The notes under the pieces were generated by a model. That model had not been told where the DNA came from. It saw nothing but the letters and a program-made list of their open reading frames with translations, and did not search any database. Made by a program: the position numbers and the translations under genes. A DNA stretch of 64,000 bases from Phoronis australis (Eukaryota > Animalia > Phoronida): the NCBI GenBank assembly GCA_002633005.1, contig NMRA01000022.1, positions 381,732 through 445,731 of the forward strand, written 5' to 3'. Shown piece after piece: positions 48,032 through 61,400 of the stretch. Position 1 is the first letter of the stretch, and every line of letters begins with the position of its first letter.

Positions 48032-51000
48032 AATTTTAGTGCTAGGATCATGAAATGTAAACTCAGGACTGGACGTCACTTAAGCCAGTACGTAGCATAG
48101 ACTGACTGTCAATTATCTTGAGTTTGCACTAAGGTAGTATAGAAAATGGGGGAGCAAGAGTTTAGTTGAAGTCAATAGTTACCTTCGCATCGTTTACCTG
48201 CCTAAGTCTTTCAAATCTCACCGCCGTTGTACAGCCTCCCTTTCTGGTAGATTCCACAAAAATCAACTGAAAAGGTTTTGTCCAATTTCTGTTACGTAGG
48301 TATATGCCACCTGTGCATAATTTTCCTTAAACTGTTTTATTTGGTAAATTTTGTTTTCAATGAATATTTATGAACTTCAGAAACACATTAATTATCCTTT
48401 GGAAATGGTCAATTTACACAGAATTCACTTATTTCACACATCCAAAATCATCGGAAAATAATATTTTGCCCCTCACTTATTTCACATGAGGCAACTTGGT
48501 CGGTGGGAATATTTTGCCTCCCCTAATTCTCATTCCGCCAGTTTTACACCTCAAAAAAGTCAAGGTAAAGCCCCGTCATTAATTATAGTTATATATACCT
48601 CTTAAACTGTGTTAGTAAGTTATGAGCAGTGTATATCCACGTAGTTGTGGGCAGGAGGCTTGATAAATCACAAACCTTTATGTATATTTATGATAGGACT
48701 AAATCCATTTGTTCATGTGGAATCTCATGCTGTTGTAAAAGGAGGTGAAAGGGGTAACTTTTCTTGTCATTAATTCATGCTCAAAATAATCACCAATAAT
48801 CGTATAAAAATTTTATACATCATATAGTGACGTTCTAGTCTGAAAGTCTCATTTTTTCTAATACAAAATGCCTTTTCTACACTAAGTTTGCACAGTTCTA
48901 GCGTACCATATTGTATGACCCAGTCTAAAGAGTAATCAGATTCATAATTATTTGTTCACAGCAAGTGACACACAAGCATGTGGTTTGCCAGGCAGCCTTA
49001 CATGCGAAAAAGTGATGGATTTAATTTTCTCAGCAAACCGGTTGCAATGAACATCTTCGACAGGCCCCGGAGGTTCGTTGTAACAAGGTTCAACAGTATC
49101 AGGAAAATATATTGATTCATTTTGTGCGAAATAAGTGGATAGTTATCGTACAATACCTTATTTGAAAGTTCAATTCCGTACATAAGAAAACAACAAGCAT
49201 TCACAAGAAACCTTAGTTTTATTATTACAATAAAGCAAGCCTTCACATTCATTCCAAACTCAATGGGATCGCAACATAAATTTCCACCAACCTGGCATAA
49301 TATTCTAGGATAGTGTACAACTCCTGCGATACTGTCAGCCGCACAATTCACAATCATTGACACTGCTTAATCTCTGGATAAGGTAGGTACATGTTATTAA
49401 TATGGTAAGTACTAACTTGGTAACTATTGCAATAATGGCAGTCGAGTTATTATTAGAGCTAGATGTTCTACTGCAATCTTTATTCTACTTTACTCTTGCC
49501 CTGACCTTGACCTTGCTGCCGTATGTGGCTTAAAGCAGGTGAAAAAGTTAAAACCCACTCTGTCAAAAAACAACTTATGATTCGGACCACTACATGTAAT
49601 GAAATTGTCTCGTCTTGTTTCTTACCGAGACGAGAAGTGGCACTCGGGCTTGAGAAGAGCTAACAGTTTATTATTGCTAAGCAACAGACTCATAATGTTA
49701 GCTTTGCACCGCAGAAGAGAGTGACAATGCAATAACGAACTGATACTTAAATCAACAGTTGTTTCTTCGACAGAAGACTGGTTGATGGCGACTTCAAATG
49801 ATATCTCGACTTTATCAAAGAACAAAGAATGTGCTCTCACGACAAGCAGTGAAGTAGTCTCAAGGCAAACACACGGTAAAGTAAATTGGTAATATACTCA
49901 TAAATACGCACATATCATGATAAACTGGGTCAAGATCCATCTCTGTGAGCTATTATGTTCTGCAATAAAAGACAGATGCCAACTAAGTTTACGAAGAACA
50001 GTAAAAGCTGAGTACAAACAGAAGAGTTACAGCAACCAAGATCATTTGATCTAAATAACCCATCTGAGATGCAGGCACAAACGGCAGGTAAAATAGATAA
50101 GTAAATCGTTAAAAACATGTTTTTATGTACAGTGAAACGCAACTGCAGAAACAGTCTCTCTTGAATTCCATTTCCACTGGATATTGATTCAAAACAGTTT
50201 CTGTTTCAATTGAGACATTAGACAACACATAGCACCTATACAAAATATATACAAACAGTCTTTACCTACAGAATTACACACTTATATACACAAATTGGAA
50301 TCGTGAAAATGCCCAACGTTCATTCAAAACACATTCAAGCTTCGCTAATATTTGATTGCAAAAAAGTTGCAGTGCTGTTTTGTTCTGGACTTCTTCACAA
50401 GTACCCGGTATATAAACACGACCACCTAGAACTGAATGAGACAGTACACGGATAACTGGATGACAACATACAAAGGGAAATAGCTGGCCTTTGTGGGCCA
50501 ACATCCATTCAAGTTTCTGTGCTACATAATATGCTCATACAACGGTTTTGATTTCTCAACGCGTTTGCATAGAAATTGCACAGCTTGCATTAAGTGTGGT
50601 GAGGTTTGATTACAGAGGCAAAGAGGGGTAGGGAGAGCATCCTTCATGGTTTGATTTCTGGTTTGATTGACAAGACACATTTTGATATCCAACAAAAATC
50701 TTGCCCAGTTTTATGCAAATCTGAGTATGACTGAACGCTTCTCCCCATATTGCATACACGCATATTACGCTGTTGTATTGCTTGTCAACTTCCAAGTGAA
50801 CCTATTCCCAGTCGTCACATGGGAAATTTGTAACGAAATACAATATTGCTCAAGTTGAAATACATACACTTCCTGAACTGGTTCTGTAAACATGGTATTT
50901 ATGCTCTTGTGTTACTCATACACAAAATATGGGTTACTCACGACCTAATGTGCACTAAAACATCGTTAATTCAAAATGTTCATTCACCAAGATTCTATTC

Positions 51001-51846
51001 CGGTGCACAATGGTGGTATTTCTATACTGACAGATATTTTTCTAACAGCATGTCTTACTAAGTAAAAAGTATTTTCAATAAGATGGCAACACAACATTTG
51101 ATCAGTCAGTTTGAACTTAGCAAAAAAAGTCGACTGACACACATTTGGTAAAGCTAGTCACTCACAAGTCCCCTTAGGAATGAAATCTTGGTAATAGTCG
51201 AACACAAGGGCCTCTTATTCGAGAACGCATTATTTTCACTGAATAATACCAGTTATTCAGAGGTAGCAACTGGTTCTCAAATCAATTTTAACACGGGCCC
51301 ACCTTTCCGACTATTACCGAAATCTTGGCTTTTGCAAAAGGCATAATTTACAAAGTTTTATCCCGTAATTAAACACTACAGCTTGACCGACCAATCACCT
51401 CAGAGGAATCCATTTCGCTATTGTATGCCTGTAAGGTTGCTAGGTTACTTACGGCATCGTCCTTTTTTGTAGTATGATCAGCAAACTCGCAAGGAACTGG
51501 CCTTACGGAATACTTCCCTGAACACTTGTTGTGACATGTAAGCACCTCTTGTCAGCTCTTAACTGATGATATTTTGTCCATGGTTGCGCAACATAACAAA
51601 GTTTATGCCACTTCAGAAATAAAAACATACGTACACGCCTATCTATAGCCTGCTAGATAAAAGCATCAATAAAATAAAAGTCTAGAAAACAGGACCGTTA
51701 CACGATTTTCCAACTTTCAGTAAGCTGGCACTCAGAATCGGCTTTGATCGAGATTACAAAAAACAAACACCTATCAGCTTTTAAAGACACACGCCAGCCT
51801 TCAGACAAACATCTACTGGTAATGCCAGTCATTGGCTTGAGACTCT

Positions 51847-51921
51847 TTAAAATTGAAGGTTCACTCGTTCTGGCATCATGCTGCTGCGACAGTTGGGTCG
51901 TGAACTCTGGTTGATGCCATT
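51847..51921 (-). CDS. PRC1: Probable PRC1 terminal coding exon (NGINQSSRPNCRSSMMPERVNLQF*)
   Basis: cttacttacag acceptor, 24 codons to TAA, followed by UTR-like sequence; the frame is assumed to be phase 0. Confidence 0.55.
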   Translation of the reverse strand, partial: NGINQSSRPNCRSSMMPERVNLQF

Positions 51922-52327
51922 CTGTAAGTAAGGCATGTTCATTAAACAACAGTCGATGTGATCACATGAGTATAGAACTTCTACCAGCTAACACAAGGGC
52001 ACCATACAGAGTGCATGTGAAATTGGATGAGCTAAAGAACATGCTTCCTCCCAGTGGCAGATCTACGATTTCAGTAAGGGGGGGGTTTAGGATTCGAGAG
52101 AATCCGAGGCGCGTAGCGCCGAGGAGCAGGAAGGTTGCGAGAGGGTTTCCCTCCTCCCGTGTAAGATTTTTTGGGATTTTTAGTAGTTTTTCTGGCTATT
52201 TTTTTTTCCAGTTTTTATTTTTGATCCTGTCCCGAGGGGGGGTTTAAACCCCCTGAACCCCCCTGTAGATCCGCCTCTGCCTCCATTGTTGTGAATCAAC
52301 CCAAAACGTCATTTAAAACGAGAACTC

Positions 52328-52401
<74 letters not shown>

Positions 52402-55400
52402 NNNNNNNNNNNNNNNNNNNNNNNNNNNNNNNNNNNNNNNNNNNNNNNNNNNNNNNNNNNNNNNNNNNNNNNNNNNNNNNNNNNNNNNNNNNNNNNNNNN
52501 NNNNNNNNNNNNNNNNNNNNNNNNNNNNNNNNNNNNNNNNNNNNNNNNNNNNNNNNNNNNNNNNNNNNNNNNNNNNNNNNNNNNNNNNNNNNNNNNNNNN
52601 NNNNNNNNNNNNNNNNNNNNNNNNNNNNNNNNNNNNNNNNNNNNNNNNNNNNNNNNNNNNNNNNNNNNNNNNNNNNNNNNNNNNNNNNNNNNNNNNNNNN
52701 NNNNNNNNNNNNNNNNNNNNNNNNNNNNNNNNNNNNNNNNNNNNNNNNNNNNNNNNNNNNNNNNNNNNNNNNNNNNNNNNNNNNNNNNNNNNNNNNNNNN
52801 NNNNNNNNNNNNNNNNNNNNNNNNNNNNNNNNNNNNNNNNNNNNNNNNNNNNNNNNNNNNNNNNNNNNNNNNNNNNNNNNNNNNNNNNNNNNNNNNNNNN
52901 NNNNNNNNNNNNNNNNNNNNNNNNNNNNNNNNNNNNNNNNNNNNNNNNNNNNNNNNNNNNNNNNNNNNNNNNNNNNNNNNNNNNNNNNNNNNNNNNNNNN
53001 NNNNNNNNNNNNNNNNNNNNNNNNNNNNNNNNNNNNNNNNNNNNNNNNNNNNNNNNNNNNNNNNNNNNNNNNNNNNNNNNNNNNNNNNNNNNNNNNNNNG
53101 TTACCACCATCAGTAGCATGCGTCTGCGTCCTTTTAGCTCGCCCGTCCACTCCCAACCCACACATTTTTGGCTGCAGAGCGGTAGTATTTGTCGCCACGC
53201 TTAACAGTAACACGAGACGCCATTGAAAATCCCACCACGCTGTCCCAGATGCCCTGGCAATGTTGACAATTTACGTTCCTCCGAAACATAAAGAGCAACT
53301 TCCGCTTTTCGAGGTGAACGTCGTCTGCAACGCCGCGGTAAGAAAGGAATTTGCCGCGGAAATTTTATATCAAATACGATTTTTTTTACGCGGAAATATT
53401 TTTAAAAAGCGGACAGCACATTTGAAAAAAGCGGAAATCCGCGTTTCCGCGGAAAATTCCAAGCCCTGATGTATTTCCCAAAATCTTTTCATGTCATTTT
53501 ATTTGTCTATGATTAATGATCCCCACAAAAAGTAAAAATTTTTTAATTTTAGCTTATACCAAGCATAACACGATATGAACCCCAAAACTACAGGAGTTAT
53601 GTTAATCTTATAAATTTTCCATGAATTTTAACCATTTTTCATTTTCTAGGTCTTTCATAATGACTGGGAAGCATAAATTCAACACGAACCCAGTACAAGG
53701 TCAACAATGAACGACGGTTCACCATGAATACGCCATGAACAACAAGAACTGAAGCAGAGATAGAAAGACAACAAGCATGCGTCAACATCAACAATGGGTT
53801 AAATTCAAGAGAGTAAGATGTTTTATCAAGAGAAACTTTTGTCATAATACATCCCGTGTGCATGCACAAACTAGTAAATTGTATCTAAACAAATTGACTC
53901 AAACAATGACCTGGTTTTTGAAGTTGTTAAATGCCGTTGTTCACCAACGCAAAAAAGCTGTGACACTGAAACGGAATGTCACACAAGCTCTTGAAAGGTT
54001 GAGGAAAAAGGGCTGAACACGTAAAAAGCAACAATATCATATTTTAAATTCTAGAGTCAGGACGCAACTTGAGTGAAGAGAGTGATTTAAAGAGTGCACC
54101 AGAAAAAACGATAACAGAGCGAGTAACATTAACATTCTCACCTTCCTAATTTTGTTGGTTGGTGTCTTTGATGGTGTTGTGCCAATAAAACGCCGCTTGG
54201 CCGGGGTAGTTGGTTTGGAGCCATAGATCATCTCTTGTTCCATCTCAATTTCCTTACGTTTGTGCTATTACAGAAATGGACAAAGTTTTAGCACAGACGT
54301 TTGAGTTGTAACATGGTACAAACAACCCGCGTAATCCATTGTTCTAAAGATACCAGTTAAGATGATACTTGAGAAAAAATATGAAGTCATTTGCTTATAG
54401 TTGTATTTAAACCTAGATTTTTATGACCACTGAGTTATTTCAACAAGAATAACATCAGCAACATCAACTGCGACATATTGATTGTCCTCTCATTCTTATT
54501 CTGACTTCCTTGTTCAAGCACAATGAACCGAACCATCAGCATGAAGTTTACTGCTTTCCTTCAAACTCTGAAGTTTCATCCACCACCCTGCACAATCCAC
54601 GAAACAGCAACATCTGACCATTTTATGAGCAGAAATAAGACTACGCATTCATATTTTACGCAATAAGCGTTCTTCAAAATGATTTTCAGTGGCTTACGAT
54701 TTGTGGGATAACCATCTTCCCCTTCACCTATTGGCTGAAAATGTAGGTGCAAGTTGGGTAACTTTCATTGGTTGGTTTCATTTTACTTGGAATGCCAATT
54801 TCTCACAATCCATTCATTGCAGATATCTCACAAATCTCAAACACTGTGGAAAGGTCAATGCACCACAAAATTCCAGGATCACTATCAGTATCAGTGTTGA
54901 TACTTTCAGTATCATATTCGCTATTTACAGTATCAGTGGTGATAGTTACCCGCTGGTTCTTCTCATTCTCCTTCTGACTGTGATATTCAGCCCATTGCTG
55001 CTCTATGTAGTCCATAAACCGCTGACCCTTGACCAAGAACTCCCGTCCTTGCTTTGTTTCCCACTCCAGGATGTCTTCCTTCAACTTCTGCTCCACCTGA
55101 ACAAACGAACAAAATGAGTGCACCTATGAACCTTCCGCCTTAAACTACTCGGGAATTAACTACTTGCAAGAGGGCTGTGATTTAGTGCGAACTCTTCGTA
55201 CGTCAAGCACGCACGCACGCACACACATACATAGTTTCTAACATTGAGTCAGGATCCAATACAAATTACACTCATCTGTTCAGGATCCTTCACCAACAGG
55301 TACACATTCCACTGTCACCATGGTGTTACTTACTTTGGGCAGATCTTTCAGAACCTTCTTCCGGGCTTTCTCTTCCTGGAGTAAGTTGCCTCCTCTATTG

Positions 55401-58400
55401 GAGAACCGGTTGACATCCTTGGCACGAATCTGTTCACAAAAACAAGCAGTAAACCATCTGGGAAACAAACATTTTACCCTTATCTCATACTTTCAAAATG
55501 GTTTATAGATAGCAATGTATATGTGTCTAATTTTGTCGTTTATCAGTTTAAACCAAATCAAGAGTGGACCAAGTGAACTGTATTAGTCAACTAATATCCT
55601 TTTGTCACTAACAAAAGACACATCACTGAATTATGAACATTCACCTACTGTTAAGCCAAATTACAAAGATTATAGTCTTATTGTATAATTAACTTTTTTA
55701 AGTTCACGGTCTATAGGCCTACAGCTTGGTCTTCTCTTATGTTCTTAAGATACAACTCAGTTGCTTGAATAAATTAGTCCCCATCAACCCACCCCCCTCC
55801 TTCCATGAAAATCAACCACATGAAGAGCTCCTCTCTTGGCCACGTGCTTCAACAGTTAATCAATCAATCACCACACAGTCCCTCACTTACTCTACCACAA
55901 CTCAGGCTTACATCAAATTCCACTATCTTGTTACAGAGCTCCCCTCTCTTGGCCACACACATAACCATCTCCTCAACCACCCCACGGCACCTACCACTGC
56001 ACATACTTACATCAAACTCCACCATCTTGTTCCACAGCTCCTCCCTCCTGGACACACGCTCCAACATCTCCTTATTCTTCTCATAGTATTGTTTCATGGC
56101 AGACACTTCAAGTTCATGAGCCTCTAATAGGTCCTCGCAGTAATCATCTGAAACCCATGACAACCGTATGACAAACTTCTTCAACATTATGTCTGAAACA
56201 GCATTCCTTGTAAAGGAGTGCCACTAAGTGCCCTTTTGGGACAGTTTTGAAGTAACACAATGTACATCTACCATATCTGGTATGGTACATTGTCCGCCGG
56301 AAATGAACTAGCACGATAAAAGCACAAAGTGCAGTCGTAAAATAATTTTTTTCTTTGCCATCAGATCAAGAATGCTTCAATTTTAACTATATAATATTAT
56401 TCAGTCTTGCATGACAGACACACCTCTCTTGTAGTGATAGAACTCTTGTCTCTGTCTCTCACTGAAGTAACATTTGTCCCACCAAGATATCAGCTCTTTG
56501 CGCACTCCTTCGACAAACCGCTTCATGTTCTGCAACTTCAGGGCCTCACAGCGCTCAATCTCACAGCGCATCTGAAATTTAGCCCAAAGACAAGACATGT
56601 TAAAGTTCTTCCTATTTTACGTGGTTGAATACAGAGTTAAAATTTGAATGTGTTTATGTAATAAATGCTCAATTTCAAAGTAACAGGTGCAAAATTTATT
56701 ATAGTACTTGGACGACCATCAGGAGCACATTGTTTAAGCAGCAAGATTTTCTTAACAAAGCCATTCTCCCAACGACTGAATTTCTTTGTTTTCTGCAAAA
56801 GGCTACACGTTTTCCACAACAGCGGATCATGGCCCCATGATGTTACCAGCAGGATTTAAACTCCAAAATAATAAGAGTGATGGCCAAAGCTGCCCTTTCT
56901 TCATTTTTCAAGATCCTCAAACATTGTTGCGAATGCACACATTCTTCAAAATTTTGTTTGATGGCAGCTTGTTTAATAACTTGAACATGAAAAAGCATTA
57001 ATTCCATGCTACATATCCTTTAAGAAAAAAATAACAAAAATTTCCCATGTCTGCAATATTGTGTCTTAAATTGGTGACCTATTCTAGCTAATACCCTTGT
57101 CCCCTCCACCCACCATCTACAGCCTCACCTCCTCAATAGCTCCATCCTTGTAGCCCTCACATCGCTCCTCCATACGCGCCCGTTCCTCCTGAGTCAGCTC
57201 CAGTCTATCCCACAGTGTTACCATCCTCAGACGAAGCTCCTCAGCCAGCTGTTTGTTCTCCTGTTGTTTCACCTCCAGCTGAAAATAGCCACGGACTCTT
57301 TTTAACAACATTCTACTCATTAGTATGATAAAAATTCTCCAGTTTGGAAAGCCTCTAAAATTTGAGACAGAAATTCAAGACGAAATTGAATTAGTCTCGA
57401 TTTTAAAGGTTGGGACATTGGTGACTTTGGCACTCATCATATATATCTATGAAATATCACTGACGTATACTAAGTAAAGCTGCAAAACTGAAACATGCAT
57501 ATTGGTACGGTATCACATTAATCACAAAACTTCAAACATAGGTAATTTCGTCGTCTTTATCATAATTATTGACATCCAATATTGCTCATTTCTAAAATTT
57601 GGTACAAGCATTGACTTTGAGCAAAATAATCAATTTATCACTGTCCAAAGCTGCTTCATGCGAATTTGTCAAAAACAAAAGCACAACCAGGCAAGACCTC
57701 ACGAATGTGGTTGGTGACTGACCTTAGGCAATGATAAGCTTGAAGATGGGGCAGATGAAAGCAGCACAACCAGTTGTCACAAAGGTTGTTACATGGGAAG
57801 CGCATTCTATGATTGTCCCCATGCTGGTGAACAGAAAATGGATATTACTCATGCCGGTAGGAAACCACATCGTGTTTCCAGTGGTTTTGTGCGTAATTCT
57901 TTCATGACATACTAGTGAACAGATTTCTGACGCCATGTTATACGAGTAACGAAGAGAGCCCCACTGATATTTTGACACCACCTAATGATTATCAAGTTGC
58001 CCACCAAAACACATTCAAATGAGAAAGGTCACATGACTGAAGGGAAACCTGCGGAGGCAATATGACAGCAAATCACACATAGAACTCACGTCACCTAGGC
58101 ATTTCCCCTTTTTATAACACACAACTTTGATTTGTGAATAAGATTTCTCAGTCCCACTGTCCCAGTCACAAAAAGCTGGGCATAAACGCAAGATCTGGAT
58201 TTGCTTTACTGTAAGTGATTATGTCAATAACCATAATTTATTCACAACTCCTCCTGCACACAAAGTTGCATTGTTGAAACATTCACCCAGAGCTTCTATT
58301 ACCTCCTGGTGGTACATTTTCATTGCATTCATGTTCTCTGTGCTCAGAAGGAAGGAGTCTTCTTCCTCACATACAAGGTCGCGCTCAAATGTTGTGTTTG

Positions 58401-61400
58401 GCTCCTGGCCCAGCTCATCAAGGATGTTGGCAATGTCCTTACGTGTGGTTAACAATATCCCATGTCTATGGTCCTGAAGACAAAATCAAAACGACGTGCG
58501 TGGTTTGACAGAGCTAAGGTCCAAAGGAAAAAGATAAACTGAGGAGTTGTATTTTGTAGAAATTTGAGAATTTAACTTTTAGTTTATTGGTCTTTTCCAG
58601 GAATTCAAAGAGATTGGCTGCTCATCATAAGAAAACCATCAAAAAGAAAGACCACAAACACTTTATTTTGAAGAAAAGAAGGAAATTAAAATTCAAACAA
58701 ATGAATACATTATTTTGATGTTCTTACAAGTTTTCAGACAAATCTAAACATTAACAATGTACGGTCTAAACATTAACAATGTCATCAGCAACACTTCCTT
58801 GACATCTCAGAAGCCTTTGATTACATGCCGCTAACAGTACAACCAACCTTTTCAGACTCAAGATTTTGTATGTGTTTCTCCAGCTCATCCAGCTGTTCAT
58901 TGCTAGGCACCGTGCCCGAGGGTACATAGTAGGGTGTGGTCACCAGCACATCACACAGGTGCTGGTCGTGATCCTTCAGTCGTTTGAGGCGCTTCATGCG
59001 CTCGCCCTTTTCCTTCCCTAGCCTCTCTGCCTCCAGACGAAGCTCTTTCTCCAGTTGAATAAGAGTGAGGCCAGACGTTGACTGAAGGGTGAACAGCAGT
59101 TTTTAAAAAAGAATCGTGAAACAATTGTTCATTTAGATCTGGATCGAGAATTGAATTCAGTTTTTACCACATAGAACGTGACAAAATTACGTTTTATTAG
59201 AAAATGCACAAAAAATATAAGTGGAACTGCTTGTCACTATCAACAGCCTATTACATAGCCACAATTGCATGACTATAAACAAGTAACCATAAACTGTAAC
59301 TTGTGAGTCAGCTTACGATCCCAGCTTGTGTTTAGTAGTTGTTGTCTCCTTACTCACCGCAAATTATAAACTGGGCTATTCAGTCACACAAGATGTATTT
59401 CAAACCATTCCATGCCACAGTAGGAGAAATTTCCATTCCAGAAAAGACCATGTTGAGTATTGCCATGTAAAACGGCATTGAAATTCCATCAATTTGGTTG
59501 ACCACCCCTTCAAAGCCTGGACTCATTCATATTAATCTACTCTTCTGATGGTAAAACAAGTTCTATCTTAGCATGGAGAATACAGAGACTAGTCCACTTC
59601 AACCCACTTCATGATTTCCATGTTTAGATCATGAAAAGGGAGAAAATGTCATTTGACTTATTCCTCCTGTAGTAGCCTTTGAAAACATATAAAGTTTAGA
59701 ATATTTATGATATAGGCATACCACAAAGTTATTTAATGCCAGTTCCTGCCTGAGTGTAGCCACGGCGTCTTTGTGATTCTGAATGTTGGCTAGCAACCGG
59801 TCAGCCATGCCTCGCTCCTCTGTGACCATCTCATTGAGGAGATTACGCAGATGAATCATGACAACCTGTAACATGAGAACAACCAGAAACGTTGAATGAA
59901 AGCAGAGGCAAGGGTCTCATCAAACTTTGCATCACAATGATACTTTCACAAAATAGAAAACACCGTGAACATACTCGCTTTGGCTGAAATTGATGCTTTA
60001 CTGAACAGCACATTTGTGATAAAATCATCGAGACATTCTCGGCAAGAAAAGTAACTTCACAAAAATTAGCAGTAGCATGGAATGGAAACCCGCTAACTTC
60101 ACAACAGCAGCCGAAAACACCACCACTGAGCCAAATCCCATAACTAAACAGCAAAGTATTAAAAGAGTATTTAAATGGTGAAGGCACCTGCCTTGTAATC
60201 AGCAAATGTCTGGTAGACAACAGCGAGAATTTGCAATTTGTAATAAAATCACAAAAACAACAAATTTCTTTTTTCCTATATAGCTTTGGTTAAATCTAAT
60301 AACTTCAAATAGTTTATACTATTTAACAATAATCTCAAAATTGTGTTTTTGCTGCAAAAACGATAATCATGTCCTTTTAAGTGGGAGAAATACTTGAGTG
60401 ACTTTCAGGGTTTGGATGATTTTACTGGGCTTCTCCTGCCGACATTACTACCTTTGTCATTGTTCACAATACAGTAATTCGATTTGCTTTAGGTAACACA
60501 GGTAACAAACATCATGTTAATAAAACAGGTTGAACGTGCCACAGACTGCAAACCCTATTTTCAAAGATTCTTACAGAGTTAAATGTTTAATGACTGAGCA
60601 TGGTCCATCTCTGCTCTGTGAAGTTAATATTAATAAAATATGAAATGTTCCAAAATTGACCCTTGTCGTGAAGCAAAGACATCCAGTACCTTCCTTATAT
60701 CCTCATTCAGTGTACTTGAGCATTGTCAAACTCATGCTGCTTAGATCGGCATGCATTAATTTTGAGACACTGTGTCCTTATTATTCCAAATATGCCCACT
60801 GCAATCTAAATCTTACATAAATTGACGAAAAATTCTACCAAGACTACACCTACAAACATGTAAACATTTGCTTATTATTAAAAATATCAGGTCAACATAA
60901 AACAGATATTCCTTGTGAATAGACCATTTAGAGTCCAATAGAGTAACCCTCCTTCCCTCAACTTGCAGCCCATAACTTACCTCAGTTCTATCCCTCCTTT
61001 GTGACTGGTCGATACCTATCTCATTCCAGACATTACTGAGGCTTGTCAAGGCTGCCTGCAAGCTGTTCGACAGCTGCTCGATCATCTCCGTTACACTGTA
61101 CAAAACAAAAACAATGACTTGTCTATGGCTTCACACATAACGCCAAAATTAAGGTACCTGTGCACGAAAAAAAACCTATAGTCTAGACAAACAGTGTTGC
61201 AAAATGCCTGGTTAAAAGGTTCTTGCCCGTTACTGTACTATACCAGGGCCCGGTCTCCAATCTCCGTACTCAGACTCGAATCATGCTCAAACTCACACTT
61301 CATACTCAACTCGAGTACAGACTCAGCTTTGGTGTATTCAATGTCATACTCGAAAAATCTGTACTCGAAATTTCGAGCACGTACTCAATTTTCGAGTATA

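Noticed and set aside
51399-51428. Possible 30-nt minus-strand exon (AYNSEMDSSE)
   Set aside because: It lies downstream of the probable PRC1 stop in UTR-like sequence, has a modest donor and has no supporting homology.
52291-53226. Long VC/HT-repeat ORFs
   Set aside because: Artefacts of the (GT)n microsatellite plus the N gap.
58743-58782. 18-bp direct duplication TCTAAACATTAACAATGT in a PRC1 intron
   Set aside because: An ordinary slippage duplication or excision footprint with no evident function.
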